Source of the DNA: Streptomyces sp. NBC_01537
GTDB taxonomy: Bacteria; Actinomycetota; Actinomycetes; Streptomycetales; Streptomycetaceae
Direction: 5' to 3'
DNA: 24,000 nucleotides
Assembly (NCBI RefSeq): GCF_045040445.1
Contig: NZ_CP109392.1
Coordinates: forward strand, 5,853,656-5,877,655
The position numbers and the translations under genes were made by a program. Position 1 is the stretch's first letter. Each line of letters starts with the position of its first letter. The notes under the pieces were generated by a model. The model was not told the DNA's origin, searched no databases, and saw nothing but the letters and a program-made list of their open reading frames with translations. This document shows positions 7,717 through 15,220 of the stretch, in pieces.

Positions 7717-8118
7717 CTAGCGGCGCTCGGCCAGCAGGTCACGGATGTCGGTGAGCAGTTCGGCCTCAGAGAGTACGGGCTCGCCCTCCGCCTCCTTGCG
7801 TCGGCTGTACGCATTGAGCGGAAGCACGACCGCGAAGTACACCGCGGCGGCGGTCAGGGTGAAGGTGATCAAAGCCCCGATCACGGAGCCCCACAGGATG
7901 GAGACCCCCTTCGTGACCTCGCCGCCGACCACTACGCACGGGCCCTTCAGGCAGGAGTAGTACGAGTCGAGGTTCTTCGAACCGAAGGCTCCGATCAACG
8001 GATTGAGCACGCCGTTGACAAAGGCGTCGATCACCTTGCTGAAGGCAGCGCCGATGACGAATGCGACAGCAAGCTCGACGACATTGCCGCGCAACAGGAA
8101 TTCCTTGAAACCCTTCAT
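7717..8118 (-). CDS. mscL: large-conductance mechanosensitive channel MscL, second tandem paralogue
   Basis: MKGFKEFLLRGNVVELAVAFVIGAAFSKVI. The architecture matches the downstream copy and the gene ends with ELLTDIRDLLAERR. It lies 32 bp upstream of the other copy. Confidence 0.9.
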   Translation of the reverse strand: MKGFKEFLLRGNVVELAVAFVIGAAFSKVIDAFVNGVLNPLIGAFGSKNLDSYYSCLKGPCVVVGGEVTKGVSILWGSVIGALITFTLTAAAVYFAVVLPLNAYSRRKEAEGEPVLSEAELLTDIRDLLAERR

Positions 8119-8200
8119 ACTGGCTGATTCTTCGCTTCTCTCCCGAAGCGGCCACTACGCCGCACCTGTATGAGCGTTGATTGCACGCTTTCGAGTGCCT

Positions 8201-8668
8201 TCAGCACAGCGCCACCCCCAGCGGTGAGCTCACGGCTGCTCCCGAGAGTGCGGCGGCCGTGGGGCGCGGCACCGCCAGCACGATGAGCGCGCCGCCACCG
8301 CCGTCGGCCGGTCCGCCGCCGGCCCCCTCGCCGGCCGCCGCGGCGTCCGGCACGCCCACCACGGGCGCGGACCTGGCCACGACCCGGGCTCCGGCGAGCA
8401 CGTCCACCCGGTCGCCGGGCCTGAGCAGCCGGACCGCCGCCGCGTCGGCGATCCTGACGGGCGCCCGCACCACCTCCCGGGCCGCGACGGGCGCGGTGGC
8501 GGCCCGTGGGACCGCGCGCACCACCCGGGTGTCGCCGCGCGGGGCGGCGGCCGCGAGGGCCGCCGCGGTCACCGCCAGGCCCGCGGCCATCGCCCTGCGC
8601 CGGGCCCGGACCGCCTGGCGGATCCGGTGCCGCCCGCCACCGGCCCGGATCGGTCCGAAGGCCGGCAC
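8201..8668 (-). CDS. SAF/CpaB(RcpC)-like domain protein with N-terminal membrane anchor
   Basis: An Arg-rich segment and an Ala-rich hydrophobic span (MAAGLAVTAAALAAAA) are followed by VRIADAAAVRLLRPGDRVDVLAG, which resembles the RcpC/CpaB fold. The start is uncertain: GTG 8668 or ATG 8590. The track start at 8875 is rejected. Confidence 0.5.
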   Translation of the reverse strand: MPAFGPIRAGGGRHRIRQAVRARRRAMAAGLAVTAAALAAAAPRGDTRVVRAVPRAATAPVAAREVVRAPVRIADAAAVRLLRPGDRVDVLAGARVVARSAPVVGVPDAAAAGEGAGGGPADGGGGALIVLAVPRPTAAALSGAAVSSPLGVALC

Positions 8669-8823
8669 CCCGAAGGGCGGCGGAGTCCGCCCCGCGTGAA
8701 CTTGAACCGCACTGTTCTCCGAGTCTTCCGACAACGCGACCACCCCTGCCACCACCAGATATTCCGCTGACCGTCTCCACCATGCCGCAGGTCGCCGACA
8801 TTGGGCAGGGCCCTCTCCCCAGC

Positions 8824-8852
8824 CTGTGGATAACGCGCCAGCTGTGGATAAC
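8824..8852. repeat. direct repeat of CTGTGGATAAC (two DnaA-box-like TGTGGATAA 9-mers)
   Basis: CTGTGGATAAC occurs at 8824-8834 and again at 8842-8852. The repeat sits in the divergent intergenic region between the SAF-like gene and the XRE-fusion gene. Confidence 0.8.
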
Positions 8853-8958
8853 TCGATCACTCGTTCGATGGACATCTCAGGGCAACTCTGGCCAAGCGGC
8901 CCCGGGGGTGCTCTGCTGGTAACAGATATTCGTTCGAAACGCGAAGAATGCGAAGGCG

Positions 8959-9600
8959 GTGGAGGTGATGACCGTGCCCCACAAGACAGCGCACCACCCG
9001 GGGGACGTGGGCCGCCGGGTCGCGCTGAGGCGCGAACAGCTCGGGCTCTCGCTGGACGAGGTGGCGGAGCGGGCCGGCATGGCTCCGAGCTATGTGCAGT
9101 ACGTCGAGGAACAGTCGGACACGATCGGGTCCAGCGCGCTGCTGAGGCTCGCCGCAGCGCTCCGCACCACCGGTAGACAGCTGCTCGGCGTGGGCCCCGA
9201 ACATCCGGCCGAGGCCCTCGCGCCCCCGCCGCAGACCGTCCTGCAGGAACTGGGCACCGACGAGTGCTGGAACCGCCTGGGCGAACACGGCGTCGGCTGT
9301 CTCGCGCTGACCACGGATGAGGGCCCGGCGTTCCTGCCGGTGAGCTACGCCGTCATCGACGGCGCGATCGTCTACCGGACCGAGACCGGCGAGGCCCCGG
9401 CGGCCGCGGCGGGCTCCGAGGTCGCCTTCGAGATCGACCAGGTCGACGACGCGATCGCCGCCGGATGGAGTGTGCTCGCCGTCGGCACCGCCGAGCGCGT
9501 CACACCACCGGAGGAGGAGGCCGCGGGCAAACGGGAGTTGTGGATACGCATCGTCCCCGACCGGGTCAGCGGCTGCCTCATACGTGAGGCGGGGGAATGA
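8959..9600 (+). CDS. XRE-family HTH domain fused to pyridoxamine 5'-phosphate oxidase-fold (Pyridox_ox_2-like) domain
   Basis: HTH: [36 protein letters not shown]-terminal: [44 protein letters not shown]. The start is ambiguous (GTG 8959, ATG 8968, GTG 8974). GGAGG at 8961-8965 favours 8974. Confidence 0.7.
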   Translation: MEVMTVPHKTAHHPGDVGRRVALRREQLGLSLDEVAERAGMAPSYVQYVEEQSDTIGSSALLRLAAALRTTGRQLLGVGPEHPAEALAPPPQTVLQELGTDECWNRLGEHGVGCLALTTDEGPAFLPVSYAVIDGAIVYRTETGEAPAAAAGSEVAFEIDQVDDAIAAGWSVLAVGTAERVTPPEEEAAGKRELWIRIVPDRVSGCLIREAGE

Positions 9601-10591
9601 GGACGGCGGCACCGTTGACCCGGTCGGCGGCCAGGTCGGTGAGGGCCTGGTCGGCGCGGTCCAGCGGATAGGGCGTGACGGTGGCACGGATCCCGATCCG
9701 TGCGGCCAGGGCGAGGAACTCCCGGCCGTCCTGGCGCGTGTTGGAGGTGACGCTGCGCAGCTCGCGCTCCTGGAAGAGGTGGCGCTGGTAGTTCAGCACA
9801 GGGATGTCGGTGAGGTGGATGCCCGCGACCGCGAGGGTCCCACCGCGGTCCAGGGCCTCCAGCGCCACCGGCACCAGATCGCCCACCGGCGCGAACAGCA
9901 CCGCCGCGTCCAGCGGCTCCGGCGGCGGGTCGTATGCCCCGCCAACCGAGGCCGCGCCCAGGGACAGGGCCAGCTCGCGGGCGACCGCCGACCGGGTCAG
10001 CACATGGACGGTGGCCCCCTCGGCCAGGGCGACCTGCGCGGCCAGGTGCGCCGACGCCCCGAAGCCGTAGATGCCGAGCCGTCCGCCGGGCGGCAGAGCG
10101 CTGCGGCGCAGGGCGCGGTAGCCGATGATGCCCGCGCAGAGCAGGGGCGCCAGCTGGGCGGGGTCCTGGTCGCCGGGCAGCCCGTAGGCGTACTCCTCGG
10201 GCACCAGCGTGAAGTCGGCGAAGCCGCCGTCGGCGTCCCAGCCGGTGTACGTGGAGCGGGGGCAGAGGTTCTCGTGGCCGGCCGCGCAGTAGCGGCAGGT
10301 CCCGCAGGTGCCGCGCAGCCAGGCCACCCCGGCCCGGTCGCCGTCCCGGAACCGGGCGACCCCGGGCCCGGAGGCGACCACCCGGCCGACGACCTCGTGT
10401 CCCGGCACCGTCTCGCGCCGCCGGGGCGGCAGATCGCCCTCGGCCAGATGCAGATCCGTCCGGCAGACCCCGCACGCCTCGACCCGCAGCAACAGCTCAC
10501 CCGGCCCGGGCTCCGGCACCGGCCGCCGCACCTTCACCAGCGGCTCTGTCACCATCGGCCCGGGCCGGTCCACGACCCACCCGCTCAGCAT
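9578..10591 (-). CDS. zinc-dependent alcohol dehydrogenase family oxidoreductase
   Basis: Catalytic and structural Zn motifs are present ([32 protein letters not shown]), as is a Rossmann GxGxxA motif (IYGFGASAH). Confidence 0.85.
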   Translation of the reverse strand: MLSGWVVDRPGPMVTEPLVKVRRPVPEPGPGELLLRVEACGVCRTDLHLAEGDLPPRRRETVPGHEVVGRVVASGPGVARFRDGDRAGVAWLRGTCGTCRYCAAGHENLCPRSTYTGWDADGGFADFTLVPEEYAYGLPGDQDPAQLAPLLCAGIIGYRALRRSALPPGGRLGIYGFGASAHLAAQVALAEGATVHVLTRSAVARELALSLGAASVGGAYDPPPEPLDAAVLFAPVGDLVPVALEALDRGGTLAVAGIHLTDIPVLNYQRHLFQERELRSVTSNTRQDGREFLALAARIGIRATVTPYPLDRADQALTDLAADRVNGAAVLIPPPHV

Positions 10592-10642
10592 GCTTCCAGT
10601 CTGCGCCCGCAGACGTCCCGGGGCAGCCTCAGGGCAGCGGCC

Positions 10643-11476
10643 TCAAGGCAGATCGATACCGAGGTCGAGGCCGTCCAGGGCGCGGGCGCACAGGCAGTCG
10701 CGGTCGGCCGTCGTGGGGAGGGCGGCCACCACGTCGAAGAGGACCTTGCGGAGCCGGCCGACATTGGCGGCGAAAACCTGGAGGACCTCGTGATGCGAGA
10801 CGCCCTCCCCGGTCTCGGCGCCCGCGTCGAGGTCGGTCACCAGCGTCAGGGAGGTGTAGCAGAGAGCCAGCTCACGGGCGAGTATCGCCTCGGGGTGCCC
10901 GGTCATCCCGATCACCGACCAGCCCTGCGACGCGTGCCAGCGCGACTCGGCGCGGGTCGAGAAGCGCGGGCCCTCGACGACCACCAGCGTGCCGCCGTCG
11001 ACCGCCTCCCAGCCGCCCTCCCGGGCGGTCCGGACAGCGGCCTGGCGGCCCGCCGGGCAGTAGGGGTCGGCGAAGGAGACGTGGACGACGCCGGGCTGAC
11101 GGCCGTCGGGCAGGGCCTCGCCGTCGAAGTAGGTCTGGGTGCGGCCCTTCGTACGGTCCATGAGCTGGTCCGGGACCAGGAGGGTGCCGGGCCCGAACTC
11201 GGGGCGGAGCCCGCCGACGGCGCAGGGGCCGAGGACCTGGCGCACGCCGAGGGAGCGCAGCGCCCACAGATTGGCGCGGTAGTTGATCCGATGAGGAGGA
11301 ATGTGATGCTTGCGGCCGTGCCGGGGGAGGAAGGCGACTTCCCGCCCGGCGACCTTGCCGAGGAAGAGCGAGTCGCTCGGTGGGCCATAGGGAGTCTCGA
11401 CCGTGATTTCCGTCACGTCGTCGAGAAACGAGTAGAAACCGGACCCGCCGATCACGCCTATCTCTGCCTCCGTCAT
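10643..11476 (-). CDS. mtnP: S-methyl-5'-thioadenosine phosphorylase
   Basis: IGVIGGSGFY...VAFLPRHGRKHHIPPHRINYRANLWAL...GMTGHPEAILARELALCY are typical MTAP/PNP-family motifs. Confidence 0.85.
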   Translation of the reverse strand: MTEAEIGVIGGSGFYSFLDDVTEITVETPYGPPSDSLFLGKVAGREVAFLPRHGRKHHIPPHRINYRANLWALRSLGVRQVLGPCAVGGLRPEFGPGTLLVPDQLMDRTKGRTQTYFDGEALPDGRQPGVVHVSFADPYCPAGRQAAVRTAREGGWEAVDGGTLVVVEGPRFSTRAESRWHASQGWSVIGMTGHPEAILARELALCYTSLTLVTDLDAGAETGEGVSHHEVLQVFAANVGRLRKVLFDVVAALPTTADRDCLCARALDGLDLGIDLP

Positions 11477-11505
11477 GGGGGCAACTTAGCCGCTGAGGAC
11501 ACGCG

Positions 11506-11540
11506 TTCGGGCCCCGCCGAGCGAATCGGCGGGGCCCGAA
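11506..11540 (-). terminator. terminator hairpin downstream of the zinc-ribbon gene
   Basis: Perfect 15-bp stem: TTCGGGCCCCGCCGA (11506-11520) pairs with TCGGCGGGGCCCGAA (11526-11540). The loop is GCGAA. Confidence 0.65.
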
Positions 11541-11558
11541 GGAAAGATCAGGCCGAAC

Positions 11559-11921
11559 TCAGGCGGCCGAGCTGCTGCTCGACGAGCTGGAACCCGAGCC
11601 GGAGCCGGAGGAGCCGGTCGTGCTCGACGAGGACGAGCCCGACGAAGACGAGCCCGACGAGGACGTGGACGAGGAGCTCGACGACTTCGAGTCGCCGCCG
11701 TTCGAGCCGCTCTTCGCCGCTGCGGGGGTGCTACTGGACGACGAGCTGCGGCTGTCGGTCCGGTAGAAGCCGGAGCCCTTGAACACGACGCCGACCGCGG
11801 AAAAGACCTTGCGCAGGCGTCCGTCACACGCCGGGCACTCGGTGAGCGCGTCGTCGCTGAACTTCTGCACCACCTCGAGGCCCTCGCCACACGCGGTGCA
11901 CTGGTACTGGTAGGTCGGCAC
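11559..11921 (-). CDS. FmdB-family zinc-ribbon protein with disordered Ser-rich tail (Ruc / Rv0991c-like)
   Basis: GTG at 11921 has AGGAGG (complement of 11926-11931) 4 nt upstream. PTYQYQCTACG...ECPACDG provides a CxxC...CxxC zinc ribbon. The C-terminal half is almost entirely Ser/Gly. Confidence 0.8.
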   Translation of the reverse strand: MPTYQYQCTACGEGLEVVQKFSDDALTECPACDGRLRKVFSAVGVVFKGSGFYRTDSRSSSSSSTPAAAKSGSNGGDSKSSSSSSTSSSGSSSSGSSSSSTTGSSGSGSGSSSSSSSSAA

Positions 11922-11986
11922 TTGTCCTCCTGGCACTCTCACTCAATGAGTGCTAACGACGGTCAATAGTGCAGCATTCCGCGGCG

Positions 11987-13303
11987 TCAGTCCACTGTGA
12001 CCGGCACTTGGTGACTCATCCCACGGGCCACGACCCGGCTCGCGGGTCGCCCGGCCAGCCGGCCGCGCAGGGCGACCACCGTGGCCAGGGCCAGAGCGGT
12101 GCCGACCAGCGGTACGACAAATCCGGCGCCGGCACCGTATCCGTCGGCCAGCCGGCCGGCGACGGTGACAGCGGCGGCCTGTCCCAGGGCGACCGCGCCG
12201 GTCAGCCAGGTGAAGGCCTCGGTGCGGGCGGTGGCGGGCACCAGGCTCTCGACGAGGGTGTAGCCGTTGATCAGGGCCGGGGCGATGCAGAGCCCCACCA
12301 TCAGACCGGCGGCGGCCATCAGCGGCACCGAGTGCACGGCCCACAGGGAGGAGGCGGTCAGGGTCAGGGCCGCGTAGCCGATGAGCAGGCGGCGGCGCGG
12401 GGCGGACTTCCAGGCGATGGCACCGCAGACGATGCCGGCGAGCATGTTGCCGGCCGCGAAGACCCCGTAGAGCACGCCGTTGATGCCCGGCTGCCCGACC
12501 TCCGCGGCGAAGGCAGTCAGCGAGACCTGCATGCCGCCGAAGACCGCGCCGATCCCGAGGAAGGCGACGGCCAGCACCCGTACGCCGGGCACGGACAGCG
12601 CCGAGGCGCCCCTGGGGGCGCTCTCAGCCCTGCGGCCGACGGCGGGCTGGGTGCGGCGCTGGGCGGCGAAGAGCAGCCCGCCGGCCAGCGTCAGCACGGA
12701 CTCGGCGATCAGGCCGGCCGCCGGGTGGACGCTGGTGCACAGCGCGGTGGCCAGCACCGGGCCGATGACGAACGTGAACTCGTCCGTCACCGACTCGAAG
12801 GCGGCCGCCGTGGTCATCAGCGGCGAGCCGTCCAGCTTCGCCGCCCACCGGGCCCGCACCATCGGCCCGACCTGCGGCACCGACGCGCCCGCCGGCACCG
12901 CGGCCGCCAGCAGCGCCCACAGCGGGGCGTGCGCCAGCGCCAGCGCGGTCAGCAGCGCCACGGAGGCGGTGTGCACCAGCACGCCGGGCAGCAGCACGGC
13001 ACCCTGGCCGTAGCGGTCGGCGAGCCTGCCGCTCTGCGGGGCGAACAGCGCCATGGAGGCGCCGGTGGCCGCGGCGATCACGCCTGCCGTGCCGTAGGAG
13101 CCTGACGTGTGCTCCACGAGCAGCACGATGCCGATGGTCAGCATCGCGAAGGGCTGCCGGGCCGCGAAGCCGGGCAGCAGGAAGGTCAGTGCGCCGGGCG
13201 TGCGGAGCAGCGGCCCGTAGCCAGGCCTGGACGACGACACACGAGAAGCCGAAGAAGAAGCCGAAGATGAAGACGAAGACGAACGAATGACCGTGGATGC
13301 CAC
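11987..13303 (-). CDS. MFS transporter
   Basis: About 12 hydrophobic spans. The motif GRLADRYG appears between TM2 and TM3, and GRLADGYG in the C-terminal half. The start is uncertain (GTG 13303 or GTG 13240). Confidence 0.8.
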   Translation of the reverse strand: MASTVIRSSSSSSSASSSASRVSSSRPGYGPLLRTPGALTFLLPGFAARQPFAMLTIGIVLLVEHTSGSYGTAGVIAAATGASMALFAPQSGRLADRYGQGAVLLPGVLVHTASVALLTALALAHAPLWALLAAAVPAGASVPQVGPMVRARWAAKLDGSPLMTTAAAFESVTDEFTFVIGPVLATALCTSVHPAAGLIAESVLTLAGGLLFAAQRRTQPAVGRRAESAPRGASALSVPGVRVLAVAFLGIGAVFGGMQVSLTAFAAEVGQPGINGVLYGVFAAGNMLAGIVCGAIAWKSAPRRRLLIGYAALTLTASSLWAVHSVPLMAAAGLMVGLCIAPALINGYTLVESLVPATARTEAFTWLTGAVALGQAAAVTVAGRLADGYGAGAGFVVPLVGTALALATVVALRGRLAGRPASRVVARGMSHQVPVTVD

Positions 13304-13488
13304 GGCCGGGCCTTTCTGCCGCCTGGTAGCGAGCCCGGTCAGGTCACAGGGTCCGCCGAGAGCTGTCCTCTCGCGCCGTACCGGGGTAGATACCGGGTCG
13401 ATTCATCAACACCCCGGCCGCCAAGCGGTCGCGCCAGCTCTTCATCAGACAGAGTCGCGTTTCGAACAAGTTACAACAGGCATGCATC

Positions 13489-15003
13489 CTAGCCTGTCCC
13501 GTTGCCGCCGTTGCCGCCGTTGCCGCCGTTGCCGCCGCTGCCGCCGTTGCCGCCCGTGCCCAGCCAGCCCGCGAGCTTTCCGCCGCGGCCGATCGCCCGC
13601 AGCCGCGCCTCCGTCTGGTCGCGCACCGGGTCGGTCGCCACCACGAGCAGTTCGTCCCCGCGCCGCAGCACCGTCGTCGGCAGCGGCACGAAGCTCCGCC
13701 CGTCACGTACGACCAGGGTCACCCCGGCCCCGGCGGGCAGCCGCAGCTCGCCCACCTCGACGCCGTGCATGCGCGACTCCTTCGGGATGCTGACCGACAG
13801 CAGATGCCCCCGCAGCCGCTCCAGCGGCGCCGACTCTATGCCCAGGTCCGCGGCCGCCTCCGAGTCGCTGAGCCGCAGCGCGCGCGCCAGCCACGGCAGG
13901 GTCGGGCCCTGCACCAGGGTGTATACGATCACCAGCACAAAGACGATGTTGAAGATCCGCTTGCTGTCCGCGATCCCCGACACCATCGGGATCGTCGCCA
14001 GCACGATCGGCACCGCCCCGCGCAGCCCCGCCCACGACAGCAGCGCCTGATCCCGCCACGGTGTACGGAACGGCAGCAGGCTGGTCAGCACCGAGACCGG
14101 CCGCGCCACCACCGTCAGCACCAGCCCGACCACCACCGCCGGCCAGATGTCGTCGCCCAGCTCATGCGGGGTCACCAGCAGGCCCAGCAGCACGAACAGG
14201 CCGATCTGGGCGATCCACGCCAGCCCCTCCGCGAAACCGCGGGTCGCCGGCCCGTGCGGCAGCTTGGCGTTGCCCAGGATCATCGAGGCCACGTACACCG
14301 CCAGGAAGCCCGAGCCGTGCGCCAGTGCCCCGCCCGCGTAGGCGAGCACGGTGATCGCCATCACCGCGATCGGGTACAGACCGGAGGCGGGCAGCGCCAG
14401 GTGCCGCATCGCGTACGCGCCGAGGAAGCCGAGCGCCAGGCCGACCGCCGCGCCGATCGCCAGCTCCAGGGATATCTCGCCGAGCAGCACGTACCAGTGC
14501 TCTATCGGCCCGGCCGTGGAGAAGGCGACGACGAGGATGACGACCGGGGCGTCGTTGAAGCCCGACTCCGCCTCCAGCACACCGGTCAGCCGGGACGGCA
14601 GCGGCACCCTTCGCAGCACGGAGAAGACGGCCGCGGCATCCGTGGAGGACACGACCGCGCCGACGATCAGCGCCTGCCGCCAGTCAAGGTCCACCAGATA
14701 GTGCGCCGCGGCCGCGGTTATGCCGACGCTCACCGCGACTCCGGCCGTGGCCAGCACGGCCGCCGCGCCGACCGCGGGTTTGATCTGCCGCCAGTGAGTG
14801 CCGAGCCCGCCCTCCGCCAGAATCACCACAAGTGCCGCATATCCCAGCACTTGGGTCAGTTCCGCGTTGTTGAAGTGGACGCCCAGTCCGTCCTGTCCTA
14901 TGGCCACGCCGATGCCCAGATAGATCAGCAGACCGGGCAGCCCGCTGCGCGACGAAAGCCGCACCGCCACCACCGCGATCAGCAGCACCGCCGCGCACAC
15001 CAA
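13489..15003 (-). CDS. CPA1-family K+/H+ antiporter (NhaP2/CvrA type) with C-terminal TrkA-C/RCK_C domain
   Basis: Multi-TM Na_H_exchanger-like core (SGFNDAPVVIL) is followed by a soluble RCK_C-like segment (VEVGELRLPAGAGVTLVVRDGRSFVPLPTTVLRRGDELLVV). The true start is probably upstream, at CTG 15033 (see findings). Confidence 0.8.
   Translation of the reverse strand: MVCAAVLLIAVVAVRLSSRSGLPGLLIYLGIGVAIGQDGLGVHFNNAELTQVLGYAALVVILAEGGLGTHWRQIKPAVGAAAVLATAGVAVSVGITAAAAHYLVDLDWRQALIVGAVVSSTDAAAVFSVLRRVPLPSRLTGVLEAESGFNDAPVVILVVAFSTAGPIEHWYVLLGEISLELAIGAAVGLALGFLGAYAMRHLALPASGLYPIAVMAITVLAYAGGALAHGSGFLAVYVASMILGNAKLPHGPATRGFAEGLAWIAQIGLFVLLGLLVTPHELGDDIWPAVVVGLVLTVVARPVSVLTSLLPFRTPWRDQALLSWAGLRGAVPIVLATIPMVSGIADSKRIFNIVFVLVIVYTLVQGPTLPWLARALRLSDSEAAADLGIESAPLERLRGHLLSVSIPKESRMHGVEVGELRLPAGAGVTLVVRDGRSFVPLPTTVLRRGDELLVVATDPVRDQTEARLRAIGRGGKLAGWLGTGGNGGSGGNGGNGGNGGNGTG
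13501..13554. repeat. six-unit 9-bp tandem repeat (GTTGCCGCC) inside the antiporter 3' end
   Basis: Four identical units (13501-13536), one variant GCTGCCGCC (13537-13545), and one more identical unit (13546-13554). Together they encode the GGN/GGS tail GGNGGSGGNGGNGGNGGN. Confidence 0.9.
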
Positions 15004-15220
15004 CAGGAGTTCATTGAGCCGGTCGACAGTCAGGGGAGGATCCTTCCTCTGGCTAGGGTCTGGCTATCGGCAGGAAGGCCATTGCTTCATTGCCTTACCT
15101 AATATTTTACCTGTACTTGGGACTTGGAACGATCTCGGTGACTCCGCGTAGGGGTGGCCCAGGCGCTACGCCTAAGGTGTGAGCCAGCAATCGGTCCACC
15201 CTGCCCCTCGAAGGACATCG

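Noticed and set aside
8669-8875. N-terminal extension of the SAF-like ORF to the track start at 8875.
   Set aside because: This stretch is full of codons that are rare here, including two TTA codons created by the GTTATCCACAG repeats, plus CGA, ACA, GGA, CAA and TAT. It looks like promoter DNA rather than coding sequence.
8782-8922. 46-aa plus-strand ORF (MPQVADIG...LWITRQLWITR...) across the DnaA-box-like repeat.
   Set aside because: It contains many A/T-ending rare codons (ATA x2, ACT, CGA x2, TCA, GTT, ACA, TCT x2, CAA). The internal peptide repeat is simply a by-product of the DNA repeat.
9578-9600. 23-bp 3'-end overlap of the convergent XRE-fusion and ADH genes.
   Set aside because: Short convergent overlaps are common in compact high-GC genomes. 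Nothing in the sequence suggests a specific regulatory role.
9470-11782. 770-aa plus-strand ORF spanning the ADH, MTAP and zinc-ribbon loci.
   Set aside because: It is antisense to three well-supported minus-strand genes. Its Arg/Gly/Pro-rich translation has no domain signature.
13344-13445. 33-aa upstream ORF (MKSWRDRLAAGVLMNRPGIYPGTAREDSSRRTL) in the MFS leader.
   Set aside because: Codon usage is mixed, there is no SD, and nothing in the peptide is recognisable. The support is insufficient to call it.
13501-13554. Whether the 9-bp repeat array could be a CRISPR array.
   Set aside because: The units are contiguous with no spacers and far too short. They lie in frame inside a gene. No cas genes are present in the window.
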